Source: an uncultured Actinomycetota bacterium
GTDB taxonomy: Bacteria > Actinomycetota > Actinomycetes > Propionibacteriales > Nocardioidaceae
NCBI GenBank assembly: GCA_963749865.1
Contig: CAVVOE010000010.1
Location: forward strand, 11,761 to 75,760
Length of the DNA: 64,000 nt
Direction of reading: 5' to 3'
The position numbers were made by a program, and so were the translations under genes. Below the pieces are notes generated by a model. That model was not told where the DNA came from, ran no database searches, and was given only the letters and a program-made list of their open reading frames with translations. The first letter of the stretch is position 1; each line of letters begins with the position of its first letter. Shown here piece by piece: positions 9,655 through 18,413 of the stretch.

Positions 9655-10995
9655 TCAGCGGAGGTGATGAGCGAGCGTGTTCGCAGCCTGCCGGGCGGCA
9701 CCCAGGGCGACGTACTCGGCGAACGGCGGGGTGCGGACCGGGACGCCGAGCAGCTCGGGGGCGAGCTCGCGGAGGGCTTCCGACTTCGAGCCACCGCCGA
9801 CCAGAGTGACCTGCTGGACGTCGACACCCTGCCGCCGGATCGCGTCCAGGGCGCCGGCCAGGAGGCCGAGCAGTCCTTCGACCGCGGCGCGGGCGAGGTT
9901 CTCCCTGGTCAGGTTGGCCAGGGTCATGCCTTCGAGGGTGCCGGTCGCGTCGGGCAGGTTCGGGGTGCGTTCGCCCTCGAGGTACGGCGTGTAGCCGAGC
10001 CCCCCCGAACCAGGCGGCGCCGCGAGCGCCAGCGCGTCGAGCCCGGCGTGGTCGACGCCCAGCAGGGCCGCGGCCGAGTCGAGCACCCGCGAGCCGTTGA
10101 GGGTGCAGGCCAGCGGCAGGTAGTGGCCGGTGGCGTCGGCAAAGCCGGCCACCAGCCCGCTCGCGTCGTTCGTGGGAGTTGCGGAGACCGCCGCCACCAC
10201 GCCCGAGGTGCCGACGGAGACCATCACCTCGCCGGGCTCGAGCGCGAGGCCGAGCGCGGCGCCGGCGTTGTCGCCGCAGCCGGGACCGAGCAATGTCGGA
10301 CCGTCGACCCCCTCATGGGGGCTGAGTACCCGGGGCAGCACCAGGTCGTCCGCCTGCTCCCGACGCAGGGCGTGGGCGAGCAGGTCGCGGCGGTACTCGT
10401 TCGTGGTCGGGTCGAAGTAGCCGGTGCCGGAGGCCTCGGAGCGGTCCGTGGTCAGATCCTCCAGCCGGCCGGTGCCGCGGAGCCGCCAGGTCAGCCAGTC
10501 GTGTGGCAGCGCGATCGCCGCGATCCTGGCGGCGTGCTCGGGCTCGTGGTCGGCCAGCCAGCGCAGCTTGGTGATGGTGAACGACGCGACGGGGACCGAA
10601 CCGGTGCCGCTCGCCCAGGCCTCGGCGCCGAGCTCGTCGACCAGCTGCCGCGCCGCAGCACCGGAACGGGTGTCGTTCCACAGGAGCGCCGGGCGCACCA
10701 CCTTGCCGTCGCTGTCCAGCGCGACCAGGCCGTGCTGCTGGCCCGCGACGGACAGGGCGGCCACGTCGTCGAGCCCGCCGGCCCGGTCGATTGCCTGCCG
10801 CAGGGCCTCCCACCAGGCCTCCGGGTCCACCTCGGTGCCGGGCGGATGCGCGGCCGCGCCCTCGCGAACGATCGCGCGATCGTCGGGGTGGGCCTCGCGG
10901 TCGGCCTCGGGGTCGACCACCACGACCTTGCAGGACTGGGTCGATGAGTCGACCCCGACGACGAGCCTCACCGCACCTGCCGCCTCTCGCACCAC
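9655..10995 (-). CDS. xylB: Xylulokinase (FGGY carbohydrate kinase)
   Basis: [15 protein letters not shown]-terminus and FGGY domains. The start could instead be GTG 10971. Confidence 0.8.
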   Translation of the reverse strand: MVREAAGAVRLVVGVDSSTQSCKVVVVDPEADREAHPDDRAIVREGAAAHPPGTEVDPEAWWEALRQAIDRAGGLDDVAALSVAGQQHGLVALDSDGKVVRPALLWNDTRSGAAARQLVDELGAEAWASGTGSVPVASFTITKLRWLADHEPEHAARIAAIALPHDWLTWRLRGTGRLEDLTTDRSEASGTGYFDPTTNEYRRDLLAHALRREQADDLVLPRVLSPHEGVDGPTLLGPGCGDNAGAALGLALEPGEVMVSVGTSGVVAAVSATPTNDASGLVAGFADATGHYLPLACTLNGSRVLDSAAALLGVDHAGLDALALAAPPGSGGLGYTPYLEGERTPNLPDATGTLEGMTLANLTRENLARAAVEGLLGLLAGALDAIRRQGVDVQQVTLVGGGSKSEALRELAPELLGVPVRTPPFAEYVALGAARQAANTLAHHLR

Positions 10996-11124
10996 GTCAT
11001 CGTCCCCGATCGGAGTCGCTCCCGCTCACGCGGGACCCATCAATCTGCCCGCGGCGTCCAAGGCTTCCGGCCAGCGGAACTCGGCGACTTCCCGCCCAGC
11101 GCCGGACGCGGTTGACTCCTCGAC

Positions 11125-12315
11125 ATGCAGGAGGAGCGCACCCGAGTCGCGATCGTCGGCGCCGGGCCGGCGGGGATGCTGCTCGCGCACCTGCTGGCCG
11201 GCGAGGGCGTCGAGTCGGTCGTGGTCGAGACCCGGTCGGAGGAGTACGTCGCGTCACGGATCCGCGCCGGCATCCTCGAGCAGTCGACGGTGGACCTGCT
11301 GAGGTCGATCGGTCTGGGCGAGCGGCTGGAGCGCGAGGGCGACGAGCACCGTGGCATCTACCTGCAGTGGCACGACCGTGGGCAGGGCGTGCGGCACCAC
11401 CTCGACTTCGTCGACCTGACCGGCCGGTCGGTGTGGGTCTACGGCCAGACCGAGGTGCAGAAGGACCTGGTCGCCGCCGCTCGGGACCGCGGGCAGGCGG
11501 TCCACTACGAGGTGGCCGACACCGCCCTGCACGACCTGACCTCCGACTCGCCGTCGGTGACCTTCACGTCGGCCTCGGGTGACCCGGTGCGGCTGTCCGC
11601 CGATGTCGTCGTGGGCTGCGACGGCTCGTTCGGCCCCTCGCGTGGCGCCATCCCCGACCCTTCCACCTGGGAGCGCACCTATCCGTACTCGTGGCTGGGC
11701 ATCCTGGCGGACGTCGCGCCGTCGACCGACGAGCTGATCTACGCCTGGCACCCGGAGGGCTTCGCGCTGCACTCGATGCGGTCGTCGTCGGTGTCGCGGT
11801 TCTACCTCCAGGTCCCCAACGACACCGACCTGGACGACTGGTCGGACGACCGGATCTGGGAGGGGCTAGCCACGCGTCTGGGCCATGGCCAGGACGGCTG
11901 GTCGCTGGAGACCGGCCCGATCACCGACCGCTCGGTGCTGCCGATGCGCTCCTTCGTTCAGACCCCGATGCGGCACGGCCGGCTGTTCCTGGCCGGCGAC
12001 GCCGCGCACATCGTGCCGCCCACCGGCGCCAAGGGGCTCAACCTCGCCGTCGCGGACGTCGCCCTGCTGGCTCCCGCGCTGGTCGCATGGCTGCAGAAGG
12101 ACGACTCCTCGCTCGCCGACTCCTACGCCGCCACCGCGCTGCGCCGGGTCTGGCGCTGCACCCACTTCTCCTGGTGGATGACCACGATGCTGCACGCCGG
12201 CGACGATCCGTTCGACGAGCAGCTCCAGCTCTCCCAGCTGCGCTGGGTCACCTCGAGCGACGCCGGCGCCACCGGGCTCGCCGAGAACTACGCCGGGTTG
12301 CCGATCGGGTTCTAG
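11125..12315 (+). CDS. pobA: 4-hydroxybenzoate 3-monooxygenase
   Basis: VAIVGAGPAGMLLAHLL FAD fold, then GCDGSFGPSR, LAGDAAHIVPPTGAKGLNLA. PobA-like along the full length. Confidence 0.9.
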   Translation: MQEERTRVAIVGAGPAGMLLAHLLAGEGVESVVVETRSEEYVASRIRAGILEQSTVDLLRSIGLGERLEREGDEHRGIYLQWHDRGQGVRHHLDFVDLTGRSVWVYGQTEVQKDLVAAARDRGQAVHYEVADTALHDLTSDSPSVTFTSASGDPVRLSADVVVGCDGSFGPSRGAIPDPSTWERTYPYSWLGILADVAPSTDELIYAWHPEGFALHSMRSSSVSRFYLQVPNDTDLDDWSDDRIWEGLATRLGHGQDGWSLETGPITDRSVLPMRSFVQTPMRHGRLFLAGDAAHIVPPTGAKGLNLAVADVALLAPALVAWLQKDDSSLADSYAATALRRVWRCTHFSWWMTTMLHAGDDPFDEQLQLSQLRWVTSSDAGATGLAENYAGLPIGF

Positions 12316-12325
12316 AGTCGAGCAG

Positions 12326-12898
12326 ATGAGCGAGACTTGGGACGCCGAGGCAGAGACCTTCGACGACGAACCCGACCACGGACTGCGAGACCCCGAGACC
12401 CGCGCCGCCTGGCGGTCGCTGCTCAGCCGGCACCTGCCTCCCGCGCCGGCCCGCGTGGCCGACCTCGGCTGTGGCACCGGGACGCTGAGCGTACTGCTGG
12501 CCGACGCGGGATACGCCGTCGACGGCGTCGACTTCTCGCCGGAGATGGTCAAGCGCGCCCGGGCCAAGGCCGGCGACCGGACGGACGTGTCGTTCGTCGT
12601 CGCCGACGCCGGCGCGCCACCCCTCGAGCCCGGGCGGTACGACGTCGTGCTCTGCCGGCATGTGCTGTGGGTGCTGCCCGACCAGCCGGCCGCGCTGGCT
12701 CGCTGGGTCGACCTGCTCAGCGACAGCGGACGACTGCTCCTGGTCGAGGGCTCGTGGCAGACCGGCGTCGGCCTGACCGCGGCCGCTACCGAGGCGCTGC
12801 TCGACCAGGCCGGTCGCGAGTCCACGACGTACGTGCTCGACGACCCCGTCTACTGGGGCGGGCCGACCGAGGACGAGCGCTACCTCGTGGTGGCCTGA
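12326..12898 (+). CDS. Class I SAM-dependent methyltransferase
   Basis: Motif I VADLGCGTGTLSVLLA. Confidence 0.8.
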   Translation: MSETWDAEAETFDDEPDHGLRDPETRAAWRSLLSRHLPPAPARVADLGCGTGTLSVLLADAGYAVDGVDFSPEMVKRARAKAGDRTDVSFVVADAGAPPLEPGRYDVVLCRHVLWVLPDQPAALARWVDLLSDSGRLLLVEGSWQTGVGLTAAATEALLDQAGRESTTYVLDDPVYWGGPTEDERYLVVA

Positions 12899-13272
12899 CC
12901 GACCTCGACGATCACGTTCGTCGCCTTCACCACGGCGGTCGCGGGCTTCCCGACCTCGAGACCGAGCTCATCCGCGGCGTCGCGGCTCATCAGCGAGACG
13001 ATCCGGAAGTCGCCGCACGCCAGCTCGACCTGGGCCATCACGCCATCGCGCTTGACCGCGACCACGATGCCGGCCATCCGGTTGCGGGCGCTCGAGCTGG
13101 ACGACGACCCGGCCAGTGACGCGATCAGCGGGGCCAGCTGTTCGGCGGGCAGCACCCGCTGGTTGGCCCGGCGCTGGAAGGTGACCTTGCCCTCGGCCTC
13201 CCACCGCCGCAGCGTGTCGACGCTGACGCCGACCGCCTGGGCCACCTCGCCGATGCGCAGGTACTCCGCCAC
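12880..13272 (-). CDS. MerR/excisionase-type HTH fused to a Mop/TOBE molybdate-binding domain (putative molybdate-responsive regulator)
   Basis: N-terminal YLRIGEVAQAVGVSVDTLRRWEAEGKV. C-terminal SARNRMAGIVVAVKRDGVMAQVEL..VVKATNVIVE (Mop fold). Located directly upstream of modABC. Confidence 0.75.
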   Translation of the reverse strand: MAEYLRIGEVAQAVGVSVDTLRRWEAEGKVTFQRRANQRVLPAEQLAPLIASLAGSSSSSSARNRMAGIVVAVKRDGVMAQVELACGDFRIVSLMSRDAADELGLEVGKPATAVVKATNVIVEVGQATTR

Positions 13273-13293
13273 GGGCGCAGCGTAGTCAGGCGC

Positions 13294-14343
13294 TCAGGAA
13301 CGCCGGTAGACGGCGACCTCGGTCGCCTTCACCGAGAACGTCACGACCAGGCCGGCCTCGAGCGCGAGCTGGGCGGCGGCCTGCACGGTGACGTCGGCGT
13401 GCAACGGTCCCGCGTGCACCCGGATCAGGTCCGCCAGCGGCTCGACCTCGGTGATCGTCACCTCGAACGCGTTGCGCGGACTGCCCTCGACCGCCTCGCG
13501 GTAGACCGCGACCGCCGCGGGCCGGAACGTCGCGATCGCGCCCTCGCCGGATGTCGGCTCCTCACCAGCAACCAGCCCGTGCACCCGCAGCCCGGCCGCG
13601 GACTCGACGCAGCCGTCCCTCCACACCCCGGCCACCAGGTTCAGCCCGGCCAGCCGCGCGGCGAACGGGCTCCGCGGCCGCGACAGGACCTCCGAGCTCG
13701 TGCCCTGCTCGACCACCCGCCCGTCGGACAGCACCACGACCCGGTCCGCCAGCAGCAGTGCGTCCAGCGGGTCGTGGGTCACCACGACTGCCGTCCGGTC
13801 GGCCAGCACCCGGCGCAGCGTCTGCCGCAGCGCCGGAAGTACGGCGACGTCGAGCGCCGCCAGCGGCTCGTCCAGCAACAACAAGGACGGCTCCGCGGCC
13901 AGCGCCCGGGCCACGGCGACCCGCTGGGCCTGGCCGCCCGAGAGCTGCGAGGGCCGGCGCCCGGCCAGGTCGCCCACGCCGACCTCGTCCAGCCAGCGCT
14001 GGGCCGCGGTGCGGGCGGTCGCGCGCGGCGTACCGGCACTGCGCGGGCCGAAGGCGACGTTCTCCAGCGCGTCGAGGTGCGGGAACAGCAGCGGCTCCTG
14101 CCCGAGCAGCGCCGTACGACGCGCGTGCGGCGGCACCCGCACCCCCGCGGACACGTCCGTCAGCACTCGCCCGTCGAGCTCCACCCGGCCGGAGTCCGGT
14201 GTGACCAGGCCCGCCGTGACGCCGAGGGCGGTCGACTTGCCGGACCCGTTCGGGCCGAGCACGGCGAGCGTCTCTCCGGCAGCGACGTCGAAGGCCACCT
14301 CGACGTCGCGCTCGTCGACGGTGAAGGCGAGAGAGAAGGTCAC
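13294..14343 (-). CDS. modC: Molybdate ABC transporter ATP-binding protein
   Basis: Walker A GPNGSGKS, signature LSGGQAQRV, Walker B LLLLDEP, and a C-terminal TOBE-like domain. Confidence 0.88.
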   Translation of the reverse strand: MTFSLAFTVDERDVEVAFDVAAGETLAVLGPNGSGKSTALGVTAGLVTPDSGRVELDGRVLTDVSAGVRVPPHARRTALLGQEPLLFPHLDALENVAFGPRSAGTPRATARTAAQRWLDEVGVGDLAGRRPSQLSGGQAQRVAVARALAAEPSLLLLDEPLAALDVAVLPALRQTLRRVLADRTAVVVTHDPLDALLLADRVVVLSDGRVVEQGTSSEVLSRPRSPFAARLAGLNLVAGVWRDGCVESAAGLRVHGLVAGEEPTSGEGAIATFRPAAVAVYREAVEGSPRNAFEVTITEVEPLADLIRVHAGPLHADVTVQAAAQLALEAGLVVTFSVKATEVAVYRRS

Positions 14344-15092
14344 AGCACGCTCCGGCCCTGCCGCGCGAAGCCGATCACCAGCACGGCGACCACGACCAGC
14401 ACCAGCGCGAGCGCCACCGCGGCGTCCGGGTCGGTCTCACGCTGCAGGTAGATCTCCAGCGGCAGCGTGCGGGTCCGGCCCTGCAGGCTGCCGGCGAAGG
14501 TGATCGTCGCGCCGAACTCACCCAGCGCCCGCGCGAACGACAGCACCGCGCCGGACACGAGTCCGGGCAGCACCAGCGGCACCGTGATCCTTCGGAACAC
14601 CGTCGTCGGGCCGGCGCCGAGCGACGCGGCGACCACCTCGTAGCGCTGCCCCGCGGTGCGCAGAGCCCCCTCCAGCGACACCACGAGGAACGGCAGCGCG
14701 ACGAAGGTCTGGGCCAGCACCACCGCCACCGTCGTGAACGCGATCTCGAGACCGAGCGCGTCGAGCTCCGCGCCGAGCAGCCCGCGCCGGCCGAACGTGT
14801 ACAACAGCGCGAGGCCGCCCACGACCGGCGGCAGCACCAGCGGCAGCAGCACCAGCGAGCGCAGTACGCCCAGCCCCGGGAAGTCGCGACGGGCCAGGAC
14901 CAGCGCCATCGGCACCCCGAACAGCACGCACAGCAGCGTGCTCGCCGCCGACGTCTTCAGGCTCAGCCAGAACGCCGCCTGCGAGCTCTCGGAGGTGATG
15001 AGCGTGCCGAAGTCCGCCCAGTCGACGCGAGCCACGATCGCGACGAGCGGGAGCAGCACGAAGGCCGCCCCGATCAGCGCCGGGACGTACAT
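14340..15092 (-). CDS. modB: Molybdate ABC transporter permease
   Basis: Multi-TM protein with the EAA-like loop [15 protein letters not shown]. Overlaps modC by 4 nt. Confidence 0.88.
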   Translation of the reverse strand: MYVPALIGAAFVLLPLVAIVARVDWADFGTLITSESSQAAFWLSLKTSAASTLLCVLFGVPMALVLARRDFPGLGVLRSLVLLPLVLPPVVGGLALLYTFGRRGLLGAELDALGLEIAFTTVAVVLAQTFVALPFLVVSLEGALRTAGQRYEVVAASLGAGPTTVFRRITVPLVLPGLVSGAVLSFARALGEFGATITFAGSLQGRTRTLPLEIYLQRETDPDAAVALALVLVVVAVLVIGFARQGRSVL

Positions 15093-15147
15093 CCATCGGG
15101 GCAGCCCGACGGGCCGCTGCGCGGTGAGCGGCGGCCTGCGGTCCTGG

Positions 15148-15936
15148 TCATGGCTTGGCGAAACCGGCCTCCTCGAGGATGGACTGCCCGGTGTCGCCGA
15201 GCACGAGCTCGACGAACTCCTCGGCCAGGTCGGCGTGCTCGGAGTCCTTCAACGCGACGATCGGATAGGTGTTCACGATGTCACTGGACTCCGGGAAGGG
15301 TACGCCGGTGACAGCGTCACCCGCGGCGGTCACGTCGGTGACGTAGACCAGCCCGGCGTCGGCCTCGCCGGACGTGACCTTGCCCAGCACGTCGGTGACC
15401 GACTGCTCCTCGCTCACCGGGCTGAGCGTTACCCCGGTCGCCTCCTCCGCCTTGACCGTCGCCGCACCGCACGGCACCTCCGGCGCGCACACCACGACCT
15501 TCACGCCGTCGTTCGCGAGGTCGGCGAACGACGCGATCCCGGCCGGGTTGTCCGGCGGCGTCACGATCTCCAGCGTGTTCGAGGCGAACGGCTGCGGGTC
15601 CTCGGCCTGGAGGTCCTCGCCGGTCAGCTTCTCCATGTTCGCCTCGTCGGCCGAGGCGAACACGTCGGCCGGCGCCCCCTCCTGAATCTGGGCGACCAGG
15701 TCCGACGACCCGCCGAAGCTGAACTCGACCCGGACCCCGTCGTGCTGCTCCTCGAAGACGTCGCCGATCCCCTCGAACGTCTTGGTGAGGGAGGCGGCGG
15801 CGTACACGGTCAGTGTGGTGTCCCCACCCTCGCCGGCCGAGTCGCCCGAGTCGCCCGAGTCCGAGTCGTCACCGCACGACGTGACGGCGGCCAGGAGCAG
15901 GACTGCACCGAGGACGGTGACCCAACGTGGCGTCAT
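15148..15936 (-). CDS. modA: Molybdate-binding lipoprotein
   Basis: Lipobox LLAAVTSC. ModA-like [17 protein letters not shown]. Confidence 0.88.
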   Translation of the reverse strand: MTPRWVTVLGAVLLLAAVTSCGDDSDSGDSGDSAGEGGDTTLTVYAAASLTKTFEGIGDVFEEQHDGVRVEFSFGGSSDLVAQIQEGAPADVFASADEANMEKLTGEDLQAEDPQPFASNTLEIVTPPDNPAGIASFADLANDGVKVVVCAPEVPCGAATVKAEEATGVTLSPVSEEQSVTDVLGKVTSGEADAGLVYVTDVTAAGDAVTGVPFPESSDIVNTYPIVALKDSEHADLAEEFVELVLGDTGQSILEEAGFAKP

Positions 15937-16037
15937 GGGTCACATCGAAGCACATGACCTAGGTATTACCTATGCACATCTCAACGGTCCGAGCGGGGTC
16001 AGGACGTGGTCGCAGCGCGTGGGATGCTCGTTGCCCC

Positions 16038-17510
16038 ATGCAACCGTCACGACCGAGCCGGCTGCGCGGCCGCCGCGGGATCAGCTTCGCCGTACTCGCG
16101 GTCGCGGCCTCGTCGTTCGCGCTGCTCCAGTCGCTGATCGTCCCGGTGCTGCCCACCATCCAGGCCGAGTTCGAGACCACGCAGACGACCGTGACCTGGG
16201 TCCTCACGGCCTACCTCCTCTCCGCCTCGATCTGTACGCCGCTGATCGGGCGGGTGGGTGACGTGGTCGGGAAGACCCGGATGCTGGTCGTGGCCCTGGT
16301 CGTGCTGTCGGTGGGCTCCCTGGCCGCCGCGCTGGCGCCGAGCATCGGCTGGCTGATCGCCGCTCGCGCGCTCCAGGGCGCGGGTGGCGGGGTGCTGCCG
16401 CTGTCGTTCGGGATCATCCGCGACGAGTTCCGCGAGCGGATGACCATGGCGCTGAGCGTGATCGCCTCGCTGACCGCGGTGGGCTTCGGCGTCGGCATCG
16501 TGTTGGCGGGCCCCATCGTCACGGCGTTCGGCTACCGCGGCCTGTTCTGGCTGCCCATGGTGGTGACCCTGCTGGCGGCGCTGGCCGCCCTGCTGTTCAT
16601 CCCGGAGTCGCCGGTGCGCACGCCGGCGCGGCTCCCCGTCGTCCCGGCCCTGCTCCTGGCCGGCTGGCTGGTGGCGCTGCTGCTCGGGGTCAGCCAGGGC
16701 AGCGCCTGGGGCTGGGGGTCGCCGACGGTGCTCGGGCTGTTCGCGGCCGGTGTGGTGCTGGTCGCCGCCTGGGTGGTGGTCGAGCAGCGGGTGCCGGTGC
16801 CGATGATCGACATGCAGATGATGCGGCGCCGCGGCGTGTGGACCTCCAACGTGGTGGCCGGCGCCGTGGGGTTCTCGATCTTCGCCTCGTTCGGGTTCCT
16901 CCCCCAGCTGCTCCAGACGCCGCCCGAGGCCGGCTACGGCTTCGGCGCCACGATCAGCGAGTCTGGTCGCCTGCTCCTTCCCTCGGCCGTGGCCAGCTTC
17001 CTGGTCGGCTTCACCGTCTCCTGGCTGATCCGCCGGGTCGGCATCCGCGTGGTGATCACCACCGGCCTGCTGGTGACCGGCTCGTCGTTCGTCGCCGTCG
17101 CGCTGTTCCACGACCACACCTGGCAGCTGTACGCCGCGACGACGGTGCAGGGGGTCGGCGCCGGGCTGGTGTTCTCGAGCCTGGCCGGCGTCGTCGTCGC
17201 ATCGGTGCCTCCCGAGCAGACCGGCGTGGCCAGCGGCATGAACGCCAACATCCGCACCATCGGCGGCTCGATCGGCTCCGCGGTGATGGCCGGGATCCTC
17301 ACCTCGCACCTGGGTCCCACCGGGTACCCGGCGGAGCGCGGCTACCAGGTCGGCTTCCTGCTGCTGGGGGCGGTGATGGCGCTGGCGTCGCTGGCCGCGA
17401 TGCGGATCCCGGACAGCCGCCGGCAGACCACCGGCGGCGCTCTGGCCGACGCCGCCGACGGCGAGCTGGGGCTGGTCCCCGCCGCTGGTGCGGTCCCCCC
17501 GCGCGTCTAG
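16038..17510 (+). CDS. MFS transporter, DHA2 (EmrB/QacA-like, 14-TM type)
   Basis: Many TM segments, with motif GRVGDVVGKTRM. Start taken at ATG 16038. Confidence 0.8.
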   Translation: MQPSRPSRLRGRRGISFAVLAVAASSFALLQSLIVPVLPTIQAEFETTQTTVTWVLTAYLLSASICTPLIGRVGDVVGKTRMLVVALVVLSVGSLAAALAPSIGWLIAARALQGAGGGVLPLSFGIIRDEFRERMTMALSVIASLTAVGFGVGIVLAGPIVTAFGYRGLFWLPMVVTLLAALAALLFIPESPVRTPARLPVVPALLLAGWLVALLLGVSQGSAWGWGSPTVLGLFAAGVVLVAAWVVVEQRVPVPMIDMQMMRRRGVWTSNVVAGAVGFSIFASFGFLPQLLQTPPEAGYGFGATISESGRLLLPSAVASFLVGFTVSWLIRRVGIRVVITTGLLVTGSSFVAVALFHDHTWQLYAATTVQGVGAGLVFSSLAGVVVASVPPEQTGVASGMNANIRTIGGSIGSAVMAGILTSHLGPTGYPAERGYQVGFLLLGAVMALASLAAMRIPDSRRQTTGGALADAADGELGLVPAAGAVPPRV

Positions 17511-17550
17511 ACCCCGCGTAACCGGGCCCCTGCCACCGCGTTGAACCGAC

Positions 17551-18201
17551 GTGTCCAGCCTCGCCTCCCCCGTGGCCGATCGGCCCTTCCAGCGGTTCGC
17601 CGACGGGTTCGGCAGGTTCTCGGCGGTGCTCAGCATCCTCGGGCTGCTGGTCGCAGTCGGCCTCAGCGTCCCGCCGTCGTGGTTCGACTTCGCCCGCGGT
17701 GGCGAGGAGGCCGCCGGTCCGGCGTACACGGACCTGACGCCGGCCGACCCGGTCCGGCTGGCCGTCGGGGGCGTGTCGGGCGTACAGCTCGTCGCGCCGC
17801 TGGTGAAGTCGCCGGTCGAGCCGCGGCAGGCCCTGCTCGACCCGCCTGACGACGCGCCGCTGGTCAGCTGGTGGAGCGGCAGCGCCCAAGCCGGCGCCCC
17901 GCACGGCCAGACCATCCTGCTCGGGCACGCCGCCGCGGCCGGCGGTGGGCTGACTCGGGTCGCCGAGCTGGTCGAGGGCGACTTCGTCGAGCTGCTCACC
18001 AGGACCGGCACCATGCGCTACGAGGTCAGCTCGGTGCGCACCTTCGACCCGGCGGCCATGGAGCGGGTCGGGCTCTCGCTGTTCAAGCAGGACGGCGGCG
18101 CCGGACGGCTGGTGCTGCTCTCCGCCGAGGCGTGGGACGGCGCGGCCTACCAGCGCTCGGTCGTGGTGACCGCGGCCCCGCTCGGCCAGCCGTCGAGCTG
18201 A
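17551..18201 (+). CDS. Sortase-fold (class F-like) protein lacking the catalytic cysteine
   Basis: N-terminal TM helix. Has ILLGH (His) and QRSVVVTAAP (Arg) contexts. LVLLSAEAWDG stands where TLxTC is expected, and the protein contains no Cys at all. Confidence 0.5.
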   Translation: MSSLASPVADRPFQRFADGFGRFSAVLSILGLLVAVGLSVPPSWFDFARGGEEAAGPAYTDLTPADPVRLAVGGVSGVQLVAPLVKSPVEPRQALLDPPDDAPLVSWWSGSAQAGAPHGQTILLGHAAAAGGGLTRVAELVEGDFVELLTRTGTMRYEVSSVRTFDPAAMERVGLSLFKQDGGAGRLVLLSAEAWDGAAYQRSVVVTAAPLGQPSS

Positions 18202-18413
18202 TCCCGGAACAACCGTCGCCGCCGGTGCGCTGCACCGGGCATAGAGCTCGACGACTACCGGGCCGCGATGGTGCGCGAGCGGCGAGTCGTCGTACGCCTC
18301 ACGCCGACGCGGGCCTACGGCGCCCTGCGCTGAGCTAAACCTTCACCCCCTCGGGTGGCAGGTGACCCACCTCCGGTGGGGTACCTCGGGCGGACCACGA
18401 CGAGGAGGGACGC

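Noticed and set aside
15835-15875. Short tandem GTCGCCCGAGTC repeats inside modA.
   Set aside because: They encode the SGDSGDS low-complexity linker directly after the lipobox cysteine. This is a common flexible tether in lipoproteins, and there is no independent element.
18379-18384. SigB-type stress promoter upstream of katE (GGGTAC hexamer 30 nt before the ATG).
   Set aside because: The -10-like GGGTAC is present. The only GNNTN-like element (GGGTG) is about 21 nt upstream, outside the 14-16 nt spacing of the consensus as I recall it. That is not enough to call a promoter.
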